A stretch of DNA of 64,000 nt from an uncultured SAR86 cluster bacterium (GTDB lineage: Bacteria > Pseudomonadota > Gammaproteobacteria > Magnimaribacterales > D2472), in the NCBI GenBank assembly GCA_902617045.1, contig CACMVA010000002.1:100014-164013 (forward strand), written 5' to 3'. Each line of letters opens with the position of its first letter. The first letter of the stretch is position 1. Shown here piece by piece: positions 37,929 through 51,086 of the stretch. The position numbers and the translations under genes are program-made. Below the pieces are notes generated by a model that worked only from the letters and a program-made list of their open reading frames with translations, was not told where the DNA came from and made no database searches.

Positions 37929-38324
37929 TTATGAAGATGAATTGTTAACAGGAAATAATGAATTTGCACTTTTCAAAAAATCATCAACTAATTGTTCTGT
38001 TGGTTCATATATTCGTCTTCTCTTATCTTCTAAAGAGGATTTCTCACTAATATATCCAAGTGCAACTGCTTGCTTAAGAACTTGGAGGCGCTTTATTCTG
38101 GAAGCATACTTCTTTGGAACAAGTGAAATTGCATATTCCTGAGACATCTCATTGTTTTCTAAATGCTCCCACATGAAACTCATTAAAAAATAAAATCTGT
38201 AAGTATCAGCTTGAAAAAACTTCAGAGAATCTGGATTATCAGGATTATCAAGGGTCTGGCTTAAGATTGTCCTTATAATGTTTTTAGCATTAGAAATGTA
38301 ACTATTTTTTTGTAAAGTATTCAA
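37929..38324 (-). CDS. hypothetical winged-helix (MarR-like) transcriptional regulator
   Basis: 131 aa. The C-terminal half (LQVLKQAVALGYISEKSSLEDKRRRIYEPTEQL) resembles a MarR recognition helix plus wing. Confidence 0.4.
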   Translation of the reverse strand: MNTLQKNSYISNAKNIIRTILSQTLDNPDNPDSLKFFQADTYRFYFLMSFMWEHLENNEMSQEYAISLVPKKYASRIKRLQVLKQAVALGYISEKSSLEDKRRRIYEPTEQLVDDFLKSANSLFPVNNSSS

Positions 38325-38534
38325 TTTAGTTTTAATTTAATAATCACTTATATAATTTTTTGTATGCAATCTATATGCCAAAATTTGTATAGATACTATA
38401 AAAAGTTTATATATTTAAATTTTATATATATATTAAAAAAGATCGATGTTAAATTTAAGCGACAGATATTGAAATTATTTGTTAAGATTTTGTGAAATTT
38501 TTAGATTGTCTTATCTTTACATTTATAGATAATT

Positions 38535-39191
38535 TTAGTGAGTATTGTTAGGAAAAATTATGCTTTTTAGCCAATTTATGAATGTATTATTTTTTAACGA
38601 ATATCTATCAAGCATATCAAAATCATAAGCTAATTTTTTTGGATCTTTAAAAAAATCTTTTCTTGTATTAAATTCTCCTTGATCAAGTTTCTTTACAAGT
38701 TTTGCAGGATTTCCAGCGAAGACACAATTTTCGGGAACATTCTTAGTTACAACAGCCCCCGCTCCTATAATACTATTTTTTCCAATAGTAACTCCCTTAC
38801 ATATGATTGCACTATCACCTATCCAAACATTATCTTCAAACTTAATTGGTTTAGTCTTGCCTACTGGTTCAGCTCTATCATATATTCCATGCCAATCAGC
38901 ATCAGAAATATATGCTCCATGAGCAATCATACATGCATCACCTATTTCAATTTTTTCAGCTGATATTATTCTGACTCCAGGAGTTATTAGAGAATATTTT
39001 CCAATAGATATTTCACCTTTATGTTCACCAATACTCCAAGCAGTTAGTTGGACTTTTGCATCACTTGCCCCAATTATTGTTGGATAATCATCAATGCTTA
39101 CGTTATATCCAAATACTTTTATATATCTTGGTTTAAAATATGCCCCACCTTTTCCAAGGTGCTTAAATTGAGGTTTTAAAAAATGCCTCAC
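38535..39191 (-). CDS. hexapeptide-repeat (left-handed beta-helix) acyl/acetyltransferase
   Basis: 218 aa with a GTG start. Hexapeptide repeats are present (VWIGDSAIICKGVTIGKNSIIGAGAVVTKNV..AGNPAK). Confidence 0.7.
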   Translation of the reverse strand: MRHFLKPQFKHLGKGGAYFKPRYIKVFGYNVSIDDYPTIIGASDAKVQLTAWSIGEHKGEISIGKYSLITPGVRIISAEKIEIGDACMIAHGAYISDADWHGIYDRAEPVGKTKPIKFEDNVWIGDSAIICKGVTIGKNSIIGAGAVVTKNVPENCVFAGNPAKLVKKLDQGEFNTRKDFFKDPKKLAYDFDMLDRYSLKNNTFINWLKSIIFPNNTH

Positions 39192-39325
39192 ATATATTTT
39201 ATTTAACTTAGTGGTATATTTTTTAAGCCAATATGGTCGATTATCTTTTCTAATAATTTTCTCCTAATTTTGATATTTTAATATGATAAAGTACGCAAAA
39301 AAAATAATAAAAACTTAATTTAAAT

Positions 39326-40699
39326 ATGGGCAAATATTTTTTTGAATTCAAACAATTAATAAGAATAGGTATTCCAATTTTTGGTTCACAACTCTCATAT
39401 ACATTAATGGGTGCAACTGACACTATTATTGCAGGAAGAGCTAGCGCAAATGATCTTGCAGGACTTGCAGTTGGAACTGCTTTTTCTAATACAATATGGT
39501 TTTTCTTTACAGGAATAATTTTTGCTGTAACGCCTATTGTTGCTCAATTATATGGAGCAAAAAAGTTTTTAGAAATTGGTCAAAAACTCAGAGAAATTTT
39601 ATGGGTTGCTGCAGGACTTGGACTTTTTATGGCATTCATATTTTTCAACATGGATATAATTATAAATTTACTACCCATAAAAAGCTCAATTACATCAATA
39701 ACTATAGATTATTTAAAAGCTGTCTCAATCGGTTGGTTTTTTGTAACTATTTTTACTTGTTTAAGATGCTATAGCGAAGGTATGACATATACCAAACCAG
39801 TCTTTTATATTGCCTTTGCTGGAATGCTTTTAAATATTCCATTAGACCTAATATTTGTCTATGGTTGGTTTGGTGCACCAAAACTTGGTGGTGTTGGATG
39901 CGGTATTGCTACAACTATAGTTTCTTTCATAATGATGATATCGATATTTATTTACATAAGTTTTTCAAAGAACTATAAAAAAACTCAACCTTTCTCAAAG
40001 TTTTCAAAACCCTCTTTGGCAACAACTAAAGAGGTCCTTAAACTTGGTTTACCAATTGGTCTAGGTATTTTTATTGAATTAAGTATGTTCTCTGGAGCTG
40101 CAATAATATTAAGTGTATTAGGAGAAATAGTAGTTGCAAGTCATTCTGTTGCGATAAATATTGCAAGCCTATTCTTTATGGTTCCTTTAGCCATTGGATT
40201 GGCCTCTTCAACTAGGGTTGGTAATTTGATAGGTGAGAAAAATCCTATTCAAGCGAAAATTGCAGCAACATCTACAATAATGTTATGCATCTCAGGCGCT
40301 CTAATTAACAGCGTCATTATTATTTCATTTGGATCTTTTATAGTTGGTTTGTACACCACTGAACTCCCAGTATTGGAATTAGCAGTGAGCTTGATATTGT
40401 TTGCGGCAATCTTTCAGCTACCTGATGGAATTCAAATGGGTGCTTTAGGAAGTCTTCGTGGTTATAAAGATACTTTTATCCCAATGATTTTATTATTAAT
40501 TTCATATTGGGTATTTGCAATGCCGATTGGTTATTACCTTACTAATTATGGATTTGGTGATCCTTTAGGCGCAAAGGGTATGTGGTTTGGGATGATTATT
40601 GGATTAACGATCTTTTCTTTTTTATCAATTTTTAGACTTAGGTGGGTAATGAAATCAAATATAAAGAGAATTAGTGTTGAAGAACCTCTGCCACTTTAG
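39326..40699 (+). CDS. MATE family multidrug efflux transporter (NorM-like)
   Basis: 457 aa with 12 predicted TM segments and an N-terminal MATE motif ([22 protein letters not shown]). Confidence 0.85.
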   Translation: MGKYFFEFKQLIRIGIPIFGSQLSYTLMGATDTIIAGRASANDLAGLAVGTAFSNTIWFFFTGIIFAVTPIVAQLYGAKKFLEIGQKLREILWVAAGLGLFMAFIFFNMDIIINLLPIKSSITSITIDYLKAVSIGWFFVTIFTCLRCYSEGMTYTKPVFYIAFAGMLLNIPLDLIFVYGWFGAPKLGGVGCGIATTIVSFIMMISIFIYISFSKNYKKTQPFSKFSKPSLATTKEVLKLGLPIGLGIFIELSMFSGAAIILSVLGEIVVASHSVAINIASLFFMVPLAIGLASSTRVGNLIGEKNPIQAKIAATSTIMLCISGALINSVIIISFGSFIVGLYTTELPVLELAVSLILFAAIFQLPDGIQMGALGSLRGYKDTFIPMILLLISYWVFAMPIGYYLTNYGFGDPLGAKGMWFGMIIGLTIFSFLSIFRLRWVMKSNIKRISVEEPLPL

Positions 40700-41543
40700 A
40701 ACCTATAGAAACTAAATTATCTGCAATGTGGACTCCACATTCCTTTAGTTTTTCGATTTTATCTTTTGCAGTACCTTTTCCTCCAGCAATTATTGCTCCT
40801 GCATGTCCCATTCGTTTACCGGCAGGCGCAGTTTGTCCAGCAATATATGAAATAACAGGCTTAGTAACATTATTTTTGATATATTCTGCTGCAGCCTCTT
40901 CAGCATTGCCACCAATCTCTCCAACAAGAACAATTGCTTCAGTTTGATCATCATCCTCAAAAAGCTTTAACATATCTATGAATGATGATCCTGGAATTGG
41001 ATCGCCACCAATACCCACACAACTGCTTTGCCCAAAACCAAGATCAGTTGTTTGCTTTACTGCCTCGTAAGTTAGGGTTCCAGATCTAGAAATAATACCT
41101 ATTGAACCTGGTTTATGAATATTACCAGGCATAATTCCTAATTTTGCCTCACCAGGTGTAATTACACCTGGGCAATTTGGCCCAATTAATCTTACTCCTA
41201 AATCATCAATTCTTTTTTTTACTTCAAGCATATCAAGTGTAGGGATGCCCTCAGTAATACAGACAATTAATTTAATACCAGCTTCAGCTGATTCTATTAT
41301 GGATTCCTTACAAAATTTTGCTGGTACAAAAATAATTGATGCATTTGGATCTAATTCTTCAACAGCTTCATTCACAGAATTAAATACTGGTTTTCCTAAA
41401 TGTTCCATACCTCCTTTTCCAGGTGTAACGCCGCCAACAATATTTGTTCCATATTCGATGGATTGTTCTGAATGAAGAGTACCTTGAGACCCTGTGAAAC
41501 CTTGAACAATCAATCTGGTATCTTTGTTAACTAGAATACTCAT
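40671..41543 (-). CDS. sucD: succinate--CoA ligase alpha subunit
   Basis: 290 aa with [10 protein letters not shown] and the phosphohistidine loop RMGHAGAII. Confidence 0.95.
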   Translation of the reverse strand: MSILVNKDTRLIVQGFTGSQGTLHSEQSIEYGTNIVGGVTPGKGGMEHLGKPVFNSVNEAVEELDPNASIIFVPAKFCKESIIESAEAGIKLIVCITEGIPTLDMLEVKKRIDDLGVRLIGPNCPGVITPGEAKLGIMPGNIHKPGSIGIISRSGTLTYEAVKQTTDLGFGQSSCVGIGGDPIPGSSFIDMLKLFEDDDQTEAIVLVGEIGGNAEEAAAEYIKNNVTKPVISYIAGQTAPAGKRMGHAGAIIAGGKGTAKDKIEKLKECGVHIADNLVSIGSKVAEVLQH

Positions 41544-42700
41544 TTAGCTAGTTCCACTGCTTTCTTGGCTGCATCAGCTAAATCATTAATACTATCTATT
41601 TTGATATCTGCTTTTGATAGAATTTTTGAACCTTTATCAGCACTGTTACCCTCTAATCGAACAACAACAGGTATTTTTACTTCAACTTCTTTGATAGCTG
41701 CAATGATTCCTTTAGCAATTAAATCACACCTTACAATGCCTCCAAAAATATTCACTAAAACAACTTTCACGTCTGGATCTTCGAGTATTATCTTAAATGC
41801 TTTAGCAACTCTTTCTTGGGTTGCAGTTCCTCCAACATCTAGAAAATTTGCAGGATTGCCTCCATAAAATTTAATAGTATCCATTGTACCCATCGCTAAG
41901 CCGGCTCCGTTTACCATACAGCCTATATTTCCATCTAAAGAAACATAACTTAAATCATTTTTTGCAGCCTCCGCTTCTTGAGGGTCTTCTTGAGTTTCAT
42001 CATACATTTCTAGTAATTCAGGATGCCTAAAAAGTGCATTTGAGTCTATGTTAACTTTTGCATCCAAACATAATAGATCTCCGCTGTCAGTTATAACAAG
42101 TGGGTTGATTTCCAGTAAGCTCAGATCTTTTTCTACAAATAATCTCAGAAGATTGTCAATCATTGAAATAAATTGATTAGTTTGAACATTATTTAATTTT
42201 AAAACTTTTGCAATATTTAGAGCGCTATCAGGTAAAGATTTATCGCCATAAACTACACCTTGATAAATAATCTTTTCAGGCATGTTTTTTGCCACATCTT
42301 CAATATTTACACCTCCTTCGCTTGAACCAATAAACACTATTTTTTGTGAATCTCTGTCAATAACAGCACTTAAATAAAGTTCTGAAGAAATATTTGTACA
42401 TTCTTCTATTAGAATTGAATTGACAGGTTGTCCCTTGGCGTCAGTCTGATACGTTACAAGGTTATTTCCAAGCCACTTTTCTGCAAATTTTATGCCATCC
42501 TCAGCAGTGTTAATTAATTGAACTCCGCCAGACTTTCCTCTGCCTCCTGCATGAACCTGAGCCTTGACTACCCAGCTTGTGCCACCTATTTCATTGCATG
42601 CATCTGTAACTTCATCAGCCCTATATATAATTTTTCCCTTTGAAACAGGTAAATTATATTCTGCAAATAAGGCTTTGCCTTGATATTCGTGAAGGTTCAT
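41540..42700 (-). CDS. sucC: succinate--CoA ligase beta subunit
   Basis: 386 aa starting MNLHEYQGK, with an ATP-grasp domain. Confidence 0.95.
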   Translation of the reverse strand: MNLHEYQGKALFAEYNLPVSKGKIIYRADEVTDACNEIGGTSWVVKAQVHAGGRGKSGGVQLINTAEDGIKFAEKWLGNNLVTYQTDAKGQPVNSILIEECTNISSELYLSAVIDRDSQKIVFIGSSEGGVNIEDVAKNMPEKIIYQGVVYGDKSLPDSALNIAKVLKLNNVQTNQFISMIDNLLRLFVEKDLSLLEINPLVITDSGDLLCLDAKVNIDSNALFRHPELLEMYDETQEDPQEAEAAKNDLSYVSLDGNIGCMVNGAGLAMGTMDTIKFYGGNPANFLDVGGTATQERVAKAFKIILEDPDVKVVLVNIFGGIVRCDLIAKGIIAAIKEVEVKIPVVVRLEGNSADKGSKILSKADIKIDSINDLADAAKKAVELAK

Positions 42701-44115
42701 TATTTTTTATTTCCTATATGAATTGCCTGATTATTTACGGATAAAGCTGCCTCATGAAAAGCTTCTGAAACTGTTGGATGACTAAACATAGTTAGTGCAA
42801 TATCTTCAGCACTTGAACCAAATTCCATTGATATTAAAGCCTGTTGGACTATTTCTGCTGCTGCTGGACCAAAAACATGAACTCCTAGAATAGAATCTGT
42901 TTTTTCATCTGAGATCACTTTAACAAAACCAACTGATTGATCTACCGCAAGGGCTCTACCGCTAGCAGCAAATGGAAATTTACCCACTTTGTATTTGATA
43001 CCACTAGATTTCAATTCATTTTCATTTTTTCCAACCCAGGCTATTTCAGGATGTGAATAGATTACATTTGGAACTAAATCATAGTTAACTTCTGCTTGTT
43101 TATTCGCAATTCTCTCAGCAACCATAATTCCCTCTTCACTACCTTTATGAGCAAGCATTGGACCCCTAACAACATCACCTATGGCCCAAATATTTTCTAC
43201 GGTAGTTTGACAGTATTCATTAACTTGAATAAAACCGTTTTCAATTTTGATACCTAGATTTTTTGGAAGAACTTTATCTGAGTTTGGCTTTCTACCCACA
43301 GCAACTATTAACTTATCGAATTCAACCTCGATTTCTTTTCCTTTATGCTCATATTTAACTTTTACTGAATTCTTTAGCTCTTTTGTAAAAGTAACTTTTG
43401 AAGCTAATTGAATATCTAATCCTTGTTTTTTAAATTCTTTGAAAGATTCTTTAGAGATATCTGTATCAGTCATAGGCAAAAAGTCCTCTAGTGCCTCTAT
43501 AACAGTTACTTCAGAACCTAGTCTAGACCAAACACTTCCAAGCTCTAGGCCAATAATTCCAGCACCAACAACGCCCAATCTTTTAGGAACATTATCGAAA
43601 GCTAAAGCTCCAGTACTATCAACGATATGCTTACCAAAACTTGCAGCAGGAATTTCAATAGCAGAGGAGCCTGTGGCGATAATTATATTCTTAGCGTCTA
43701 CTTTTTCAGAAGAACCATCCGCCTTATCAATTTGAACAGTATTTTTTGAAATTACTTTTCCTTTGCCACAAATACTTTCAACTTTATTTGTTAAAAATAA
43801 TCCATCTATCCCGCCAGTTAGTTTTGAAACAATGTTATCCTTACGCTCCATCATTGTTTTTAAATCTAATTTCACATCTCCAAGTTGAATTCCATGATCG
43901 CTTAGATTTTTTTTAGCTTCATAATATCTATGTGACGAATCTAATAAAGATTTTGAGGGTATGCATCCTACATTTAAACATGTTCCGCCAAAGTTAGGCT
44001 TACCTTTATCATTTGATAATTCTTCAATACATAAAGTTTTGAGGCCTAGCTGAGAGGCTCTAATTGCAGCAACATATCCCGCTGGACCGCTACCAATAAC
44101 AACTACATCAAACAT
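42700..44115 (-). CDS. lpdA: dihydrolipoyl dehydrogenase (E3)
   Basis: 471 aa with the FAD motif GSGPAGY, redox disulfide [13 protein letters not shown] and a C-terminal HPT..E dyad. Confidence 0.92.
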   Translation of the reverse strand: MFDVVVIGSGPAGYVAAIRASQLGLKTLCIEELSNDKGKPNFGGTCLNVGCIPSKSLLDSSHRYYEAKKNLSDHGIQLGDVKLDLKTMMERKDNIVSKLTGGIDGLFLTNKVESICGKGKVISKNTVQIDKADGSSEKVDAKNIIIATGSSAIEIPAASFGKHIVDSTGALAFDNVPKRLGVVGAGIIGLELGSVWSRLGSEVTVIEALEDFLPMTDTDISKESFKEFKKQGLDIQLASKVTFTKELKNSVKVKYEHKGKEIEVEFDKLIVAVGRKPNSDKVLPKNLGIKIENGFIQVNEYCQTTVENIWAIGDVVRGPMLAHKGSEEGIMVAERIANKQAEVNYDLVPNVIYSHPEIAWVGKNENELKSSGIKYKVGKFPFAASGRALAVDQSVGFVKVISDEKTDSILGVHVFGPAAAEIVQQALISMEFGSSAEDIALTMFSHPTVSEAFHEAALSVNNQAIHIGNKK

Positions 44116-44127
44116 ATTTTCTTAATA

Positions 44128-45339
44128 TTATAAATTTAATAACAATCTCTCAGGAGATTCGAGCTGTTCTTTAATAGATACCAAAAAAGTAACAGCTTCT
44201 TTTCCATCAAGTAACCTATGATCATAACTCATAGCAAGATACATCATTGGTCTTATTACAACCTCGCCATTTATCGCAACAGGTCTGTCTTGAATTGCAT
44301 GCATTCCCAATATTGCAGTTTGAGGTGCATTTAAGATAGGCGTTGAAAGCAATGAACCAAATATACCTCCATTTGAAATGGTAAAGGTACCTCCTTGCAT
44401 TTCATCGATTGATAATTTTCCATTTCTTGCCTTGTCGGAATATTCAAGTATCGATTTTTCAATCTCAGGAAGTGATTTTGTATCTGCGTCCTTAATTACT
44501 GGAACGACAAGACCTCTTTCAGTAGAGACTGCTACACCGATATCTTGAAAACCATGATAAACAATATCATCACCGTCAATGGATGCATTTACAACTGGGA
44601 ATTTTTTCAAGGCTTGAACTGCAGCGATAACAAAAAATCCCATAAAACCAAGTTTTACACCATGCTCTTTCTCAAATTCTGATCCATATTTTGACCTTAA
44701 TTCTTTAATAGGCATCATATCAACCTCATTAAAAGTAGTAAGCATAGCTGTTTCTTGTTTAACTGAAACCAATCTTTTAGCAATAGTTGATCTTAGTCTT
44801 GACATTGGCACACGCTTTTCTGGTCTATCTTCATTGATAGAGGAACTTGTAAAAATGTTTTCTTCTTGGTTTTCAGTATCCAAATGATTGATTACGTCGG
44901 CTTTAGTAATTCTATTCCCTTTACCAGATGGTTTTATATCATCTGAATCTATATTTTCTTCAGCAATTATTTTTTTAGCGGCTGGGCCAATTTTATTTGT
45001 AGATTGTTTGTTTTTAACAGGCTTTATTTCTGTCTTTTTTTCTGGTTCTTTTTTATCTTCAACATTGTCATTGGTTTTTTCTTTAGCTTTTGAAGATTCT
45101 CCAGATTCATCAAATTCACCAATAACTTCGGCACTTTCTACAATTTCACCTTCATCTTTAATTATTTTAGAGATCGTTCCATCAGACTGCGCAATAACTT
45201 CAAGAACCACTTTATCAGTTTCTATTTCAGCAATAACATCGTCTTGACTGACATTATCGCCCTCTTTTTTTACCCAATTAGCAATTGTTCCGTCAGCAAC
45301 AGATTCTGGAAAAGTAGGTGCTTTGATTTTAATACTCAT
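44128..45339 (-). CDS. sucB: 2-oxoglutarate dehydrogenase E2 (dihydrolipoyllysine succinyltransferase)
   Basis: 403 aa with a single lipoyl domain ([10 protein letters not shown]) and catalytic DHRLLDG. Confidence 0.92.
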   Translation of the reverse strand: MSIKIKAPTFPESVADGTIANWVKKEGDNVSQDDVIAEIETDKVVLEVIAQSDGTISKIIKDEGEIVESAEVIGEFDESGESSKAKEKTNDNVEDKKEPEKKTEIKPVKNKQSTNKIGPAAKKIIAEENIDSDDIKPSGKGNRITKADVINHLDTENQEENIFTSSSINEDRPEKRVPMSRLRSTIAKRLVSVKQETAMLTTFNEVDMMPIKELRSKYGSEFEKEHGVKLGFMGFFVIAAVQALKKFPVVNASIDGDDIVYHGFQDIGVAVSTERGLVVPVIKDADTKSLPEIEKSILEYSDKARNGKLSIDEMQGGTFTISNGGIFGSLLSTPILNAPQTAILGMHAIQDRPVAINGEVVIRPMMYLAMSYDHRLLDGKEAVTFLVSIKEQLESPERLLLNL

Positions 45340-48152
45340 TTACAAATTGCCTCATTAACTAGATCCTTTTGTTGTTGAAGATGAAGCTTCATTAATCCAA
45401 CTGCAGGTGCTGCTGCTGCTGGTCTGCTTACCAAACTAACCTCAAGACCATCACCTAGCCTATCTAAAACTCTTTGAATTCTGTGTCTATGGCTAAACCA
45501 CGCACCTTGATTTAAAGGCTCTTCTTGACACCATATAAATTCTTGTACATTTTGATACTTTGTAAGGATTTCTTCAAGGTCATCATAAGGAAATGGATAC
45601 AATTGTTCTATTCTAACAACAGCAATATCTTCGCGGTTTTCTTCTTTTTTCTTTTCAATAAGATCATAAAAAACTTTGCCTGAACAAAGAATTAAGCGTT
45701 TTACCGCCTCAGGTTTTTTTATATCATCATCAATTACACAATCAAAATTTCCGTTTGTTAATTCGTCTAAGTTAGAAACAGCCATAGGATTTCTGAGTAG
45801 GCTTTTTGGTGATATTACAACTAGTGGAGTTCTCATTTTTCTTATTGCTTGTCGTCTTAAAAGATGAAAAATTTGTTTAGGAGAACTTGGAACACAAACT
45901 TGTATATTCTCAGATGCACATAATTGCAAAAATCTTTCAATTCTTGCGCTGCTATGCTCAGGACCCTGGCCTTCGTATCCATGAGGCAAAAGCATTACAA
46001 GACCCGATAATCTTTCCCATTTATGTTGTGCAGAAACTATGAACTGATCAATTACAACTTGAGCTCCATTTGCAAAATCTCCAAACTGAGCCTCCCAAAT
46101 AGCAAGACCACTTGGCCAAGTAGCAGAATAACCATATTCAAATGCTAAAACTGCTTCCTCTGATAATAATGAATCATATATATCAAACTTAGATTTATTT
46201 TTTTCAGCTATATCCGATAAAGGTATGTAACCCGTTCCATTCTTAGAATCAAAAACACAAGCGTGTCTATGTGAAAAAGTTCCTCTTCTGACATCTTGGC
46301 CGGTTAATCTTATCGGATAACCTTCATCTAGAAGAGTTGCGTATGCCATTGTTTCTGCATATCCCCAATTTATAGGAATTTCTCCATTATTCATTTTCGA
46401 TCTATCATCAAATATTTTTTTAGCTTGAGAGCCAAGATTAAATGATTTAGGTACCTTACAAATAGCTTTACCAAGCTTCATAAACTTGTCTTTATCAAAC
46501 TTAGTATCAACTTTGGGCCACCACTTAACATCCATGTATGGCTCCCAATCAAACCAAAGTTGATCATTTGGATTTTTTGCTAAATTTTTTGCAACGCTTT
46601 CTCCACCTTCAAGAGATTTTCTATATTCACTTTTAATTTTTTTTGCCTCGTCAGACGTTAATATTCCATGATCTATTAAATTTGTTTCATACTGATTTAA
46701 AACAGATGGATGTTTTGAAATTTTGTTATACATCAAGGGTTGAGTAGCTGAAGGATCATCAGCTTCATTATGTCCTCTTCTTCTGTAACAAAATAAATCA
46801 ATAACGATATCTTTTTTAAATTTGTTTCTATACTTACAAGCAATTTTTGCTGCATTCACAACCATCTCCGGATCATCACCATTCACATGAATTACAGGGG
46901 CTTGTATAATCTTTGCTACATCAGATGAATAATCTGTTGATCTTGAGTCGTTGATATTGCTTGTAGTGAAACCAATTTGATTGTTTACAATAATATGAAT
47001 CGTTCCTCCAACATTGAATCCCCTTGTTTGAGACATTTGAAGTGATTCCATAACAACTCCTTGCCCAGAAAAAGAAGCGTCTCCATGAAGAAGAATTGGC
47101 ACAACTTGTGATCTATCTTTATCTCCAATTCGATCTTGTCTAGCTCTCACGGAGCCAATTACAACAGGATCTACAATTTCTAGATGAGATGGATTATTAA
47201 AGAGTGAAACATGTACTTCACCGCCAGGTGTTTCAAAGTTTGATGAGAAGCCCAAGTGATACTTAACATCTCCTGTAGAAGCGCCCTCTAGCTCAGTGTC
47301 TTCATCAAAAGCAGAGAATAGTTCTGACGGAAGTTTACCTAGTACATTAACTAAAAGATTTAATCTCCCTCTATGAGCCATTCCAAAACATAATTGTGTA
47401 GCTCCCATTGATCCACAGTTTTGAATAACGCTTTCAACCAAGGGTACCAATGCTTCAGCGCCATCAATTCCAAAACGTTTCATTCCTGGATATTTTGCAG
47501 ACAAGTATTTTGCAAGACCCTCAGCAGAATTTAGTCTTTCATAAATATTTAGTTTTTCATCGGGATTGAAGCTGTATTCAGTTAATTTCGACTCAAATTT
47601 CTTTTGAAACCATCTTCTTTCTTCTGAATCAAGAATATGGTTACACTCAATTCCAATATTTCCACAGTAAACTTCTTCTAATCTAAGTAAAATATCTCTT
47701 AAGGTTAATTTGTTTGAATTCGTAAAGGTATCTGTATAAAACTCTACATCTAAATCATCATGCGATAGTCCATGAAACTCAATACTTAGATCCTCTATTA
47801 TCCTTCTCTCCATCATACCAAGAGGATCAAGATTTGCTTTTAAATGCCCTCTATTTCTATATGATTGAATAAGCCTAATAACCTTACCCTGTCTTTCATC
47901 TATTGTTTTTTTGCTATTGTCGGATACCTCTACCTTGCTTCTTGAAAAGTTTCTAAATTCTTTGATTATTTCTTGATGAGATATTTCTCCATTAGAGTTT
48001 GAGTTCTTTGGAAGATTTGTAAAAAAATCAAGCCACTCTTTTGATAAATTTTCAGGATTGTTTATGAAAGTTTCATAGAGACTTTCAAGATAGGCTGCAT
48101 GTCCTGCCGAGACATGTGAGCTCCCCCAAAGCTCCTTCATAGATATTGTCAT
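45336..48152 (-). CDS. sucA: 2-oxoglutarate dehydrogenase E1
   Basis: 938-aa TPP-dependent E1o, positioned between sdhB and sucB. Confidence 0.95.
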   Translation of the reverse strand: MTISMKELWGSSHVSAGHAAYLESLYETFINNPENLSKEWLDFFTNLPKNSNSNGEISHQEIIKEFRNFSRSKVEVSDNSKKTIDERQGKVIRLIQSYRNRGHLKANLDPLGMMERRIIEDLSIEFHGLSHDDLDVEFYTDTFTNSNKLTLRDILLRLEEVYCGNIGIECNHILDSEERRWFQKKFESKLTEYSFNPDEKLNIYERLNSAEGLAKYLSAKYPGMKRFGIDGAEALVPLVESVIQNCGSMGATQLCFGMAHRGRLNLLVNVLGKLPSELFSAFDEDTELEGASTGDVKYHLGFSSNFETPGGEVHVSLFNNPSHLEIVDPVVIGSVRARQDRIGDKDRSQVVPILLHGDASFSGQGVVMESLQMSQTRGFNVGGTIHIIVNNQIGFTTSNINDSRSTDYSSDVAKIIQAPVIHVNGDDPEMVVNAAKIACKYRNKFKKDIVIDLFCYRRRGHNEADDPSATQPLMYNKISKHPSVLNQYETNLIDHGILTSDEAKKIKSEYRKSLEGGESVAKNLAKNPNDQLWFDWEPYMDVKWWPKVDTKFDKDKFMKLGKAICKVPKSFNLGSQAKKIFDDRSKMNNGEIPINWGYAETMAYATLLDEGYPIRLTGQDVRRGTFSHRHACVFDSKNGTGYIPLSDIAEKNKSKFDIYDSLLSEEAVLAFEYGYSATWPSGLAIWEAQFGDFANGAQVVIDQFIVSAQHKWERLSGLVMLLPHGYEGQGPEHSSARIERFLQLCASENIQVCVPSSPKQIFHLLRRQAIRKMRTPLVVISPKSLLRNPMAVSNLDELTNGNFDCVIDDDIKKPEAVKRLILCSGKVFYDLIEKKKEENREDIAVVRIEQLYPFPYDDLEEILTKYQNVQEFIWCQEEPLNQGAWFSHRHRIQRVLDRLGDGLEVSLVSRPAAAAPAVGLMKLHLQQQKDLVNEAICK

Positions 48153-48173
48153 TTTGTATTTTACTGTCTTTGT

Positions 48174-48914
48174 TTATACCCCGTCAGAGACAATTATATC
48201 CTTTTTATTTTTATGTAACATTGATTTTATCTCACCAATTGCCTTATTTGGATTAAGGCCTTTTGGACATACATTTACACAATTCATTATTCCATGACAT
48301 CTGTATACACTAAATGGGTCAGATAAAGCCTCTAACCTTTCTTGAGTTTTCAAATCTCGAGAATCTGCGAGGAATCTATATGCTTGAAGAAGCGCAGCTG
48401 GTCCGACAAACTTATCAGGGTTCCACCAGAATGATGGACAGCTTGTAGAACAACATGCACATAATATGCATTCATAGAGACCATCTAATTTATCTCTTTC
48501 CTCAGGAGATTGAAGTCTCTCTTGTTCCGGTGCAGTTGTTTCGTTCTGTAAAAAAGGTTTTATCTTCTCATACTGAGCATAAAACTCTGTCATATCAACT
48601 ACTAAATCTCTAATCACAGGCAAACCTGGTAGTGGTCTTAATTCAATTTTATTCCTCTTAATGACGGAAGAAATTGGTGTTATGCAGGCCAGTCCATTTT
48701 TACCATTTATATTCATACCATCTGAGCCACAAACTCCCTCTCTGCAGGAGCGTCTATATGATATTGATTGATCTTCTTCCTTTAGTAGATGTAATAAATC
48801 TAAAACCATTATGTCTCTTTCAGGCTTATCAATTACGTAGTTTTTCATGTAAGGAAATTTATCCTCTTCTGGGTTATATCTATACAAACTTACCTTTAAC
48901 TTATTACCAAACAT
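48174..48914 (-). CDS. sdhB: succinate dehydrogenase iron-sulfur subunit
   Basis: Three Cys clusters are present: [32 protein letters not shown] and [11 protein letters not shown]. Confidence 0.95.
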   Translation of the reverse strand: MFGNKLKVSLYRYNPEEDKFPYMKNYVIDKPERDIMVLDLLHLLKEEDQSISYRRSCREGVCGSDGMNINGKNGLACITPISSVIKRNKIELRPLPGLPVIRDLVVDMTEFYAQYEKIKPFLQNETTAPEQERLQSPEERDKLDGLYECILCACCSTSCPSFWWNPDKFVGPAALLQAYRFLADSRDLKTQERLEALSDPFSVYRCHGIMNCVNVCPKGLNPNKAIGEIKSMLHKNKKDIIVSDGV

Positions 48915-50698
48915 TAATATGTCCTTACTTTTGGCGGAAAAGCCTCAACCTTATTGGGTTCAAAATTAACTCCCCTTTTAGAAACTTTTTTTGAGATAGG
49001 ATCATATATAGTATGACATAACCAATTTTCATCATCTCTGTCAGGATAATCATCTCTAGCATGTGCGCCTCTACTTTCAGTTCTCTGGTATGCAGAAATT
49101 GCCGTTGATTCTGCAACCTCAAATAGATTTTGTAATTCAATTGCCTCAACTCTGCTTGTATTAAATGCATCACTTTTATCTTTTAAATGAAGATTATCAA
49201 CTTTTTCTTTTAGCTCATTTAATTGATCCAAGCCTTTCTTCATAAATTCACCTCTTCTGAATACTCCAAAGTAATTTTGCATACATTCTTGGAGTTCTTT
49301 TTTTACATCTGCTGGATCATGTCCGTTAGAAGAGTCATTTAGTTTATTTAATCTTTCAAGTGACTTTTCAATATCACTTTTAGTAGCAGAATCTACACCA
49401 CCACCTGATTTTAGTTCACTCTGAATATGTTTTCCTGTTGCCCTTCCAAAAACAACCAAATCAAGAAGCGAGTTTCCACCCAATCTATTAGCTCCGTGAA
49501 CAGAAACACAAGCAGCCTCGCCAGCAGAAAATAATCCAGGTATTAAATGATCCTCATCATTAATTCTTGTGAATGCTTGTCCAGAAATGTTTGTGGGTGT
49601 ACCACCCATCATATAATGGCAAGTAGGCACAACTGGAATTGGTTCATAAATAGGGTCAACATGTGCAAAAGTCCTAGACAATTCACATATACCTGGAAGC
49701 TTAGAATTTAAAACTTCAGCACCTAAATGATCAAGCTTAAGATAAATATGATCACTTTTATCTCCACAACCTCTACCTTCTAGAATTTCTAATACCATTG
49801 AACGAGCGACGACATCTCGACCAGCTAAGTCTTTTACATTTGGAGCATATCTTTCCATGAATCTTTCGCCATCTTTATTAATCAAAAAACCACCTTCGCC
49901 TCTACATCCTTCTGTAACAAGAGAACCTGCACCATATATGCCCGTAGGATGAAACTGCCACATTTCCATATCTTGTGCTGGGAATCCTGCTCTTAAAGCC
50001 ATTGCTAAACCGTCACCGGTATTAATCAAAGCATTAGTAGTAGATGCATATATTCTTCCGGCTCCACCTGTTGCAAGAACAGTAGCTTGTGCTTTTAAGT
50101 ATGCAACCTCGCCATTTTCAATTGAAAAAGCAATTACTCCAGTAACTTCATCTTTTGAATTTTTTACTAAATCTACAGCAAACCATTCATTGAGAAAATT
50201 AGCACCTTCTTTAACATTATTTTGATACAAAGTATGTAATAAAGCATGTCCAGTTCTATCTGCTGCAGCACAAGTTCTTGCAGCTTGACCACCTTTACCA
50301 AAATCTTTTGATTGGCCTCCAAACGGTCTTTGATATATTCTGCCATTTTCAAATCTTGAGAAAGGAAGTCCCATATGCTCTAGTTCAAATACAGCTTTAG
50401 GTCCTTCAGAACATAAATATTCAATAGCATCTTGATCTCCAATAAAATCAGCACCTTTGACTGTATCGTACATATGCCATCTCCAATCATCATTTGGATC
50501 AGCGCTTGCAATTGCACATGTTATTCCGCCTTGTGCTGAAACAGTATGTGATCTTGTCGGGAAGACTTTAGAAACTACGGCGGTTTTTAAGCCTGATTTA
50601 GCTAGCTCAAGAGATGCTCTCATTCCAGAGCCTCCTCCGCCAACAATTAAAGCATCAAATTCAATTTTTTTAATATTATTAGTAAAGATATTATTCAT
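48914..50698 (-). CDS. sdhA: succinate dehydrogenase flavoprotein subunit
   Basis: 594 aa with the FAD motif GGGGSGMRA and the covalent-FAD His context [10 protein letters not shown]. Confidence 0.95.
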   Translation of the reverse strand: MNNIFTNNIKKIEFDALIVGGGGSGMRASLELAKSGLKTAVVSKVFPTRSHTVSAQGGITCAIASADPNDDWRWHMYDTVKGADFIGDQDAIEYLCSEGPKAVFELEHMGLPFSRFENGRIYQRPFGGQSKDFGKGGQAARTCAAADRTGHALLHTLYQNNVKEGANFLNEWFAVDLVKNSKDEVTGVIAFSIENGEVAYLKAQATVLATGGAGRIYASTTNALINTGDGLAMALRAGFPAQDMEMWQFHPTGIYGAGSLVTEGCRGEGGFLINKDGERFMERYAPNVKDLAGRDVVARSMVLEILEGRGCGDKSDHIYLKLDHLGAEVLNSKLPGICELSRTFAHVDPIYEPIPVVPTCHYMMGGTPTNISGQAFTRINDEDHLIPGLFSAGEAACVSVHGANRLGGNSLLDLVVFGRATGKHIQSELKSGGGVDSATKSDIEKSLERLNKLNDSSNGHDPADVKKELQECMQNYFGVFRRGEFMKKGLDQLNELKEKVDNLHLKDKSDAFNTSRVEAIELQNLFEVAESTAISAYQRTESRGAHARDDYPDRDDENWLCHTIYDPISKKVSKRGVNFEPNKVEAFPPKVRTY

Positions 50699-50726
50699 AT
50701 TATTTATAATTAAATATCATCATATA

Positions 50727-51086
50727 TTATAACCATATTATATATAAAATGGCAGTTAAATACACAATGCCTAACAATCCAAAAATTAAATAATAAACAT
50801 GTCTCAAGGTATCAGCCCTTCTTGAAAGACTTACACTTAAAAAACCAAGAGTTCTTTTTGTTAAATAATCTGTTCCAACTGTCCAAAGTCCAATGAAGGC
50901 ATGTAAAACAATAACAAGAAATACAATTGAAGATAGAAATCTGACTTGAAATGAGAGAAAAAAATCAGACCATGAGAAAAAATTAATGTCTTGATTGGTG
51001 AATATAAAACTTAATATATAAATAAGATAGCTGAGAATTACTATTGAGGTGTATCTTTGCGTATACCAAATGAATGAACCTTTCAT
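50727..51086 (-). CDS. sdhD: succinate dehydrogenase membrane anchor subunit
   Basis: ~119 aa with 3 TM segments. The start is taken at the ATGA overlap with the sdhC stop (Met15 of the ORF-track call). Confidence 0.8.
   Translation of the reverse strand: MKGSFIWYTQRYTSIVILSYLIYILSFIFTNQDINFFSWSDFFLSFQVRFLSSIVFLVIVLHAFIGLWTVGTDYLTKRTLGFLSVSLSRRADTLRHVYYLIFGLLGIVYLTAILYIIWL

Noticed and set aside
38364-38489. 41-codon plus-strand ORF (MQSICQNLYRYYKKFIYLNF...) in the 210-bp spacer upstream of the MarR-like gene
   Set aside because: It has AT-rich composition, no SD and no recognisable motif. This is the expected kind of chance ORF in such DNA.
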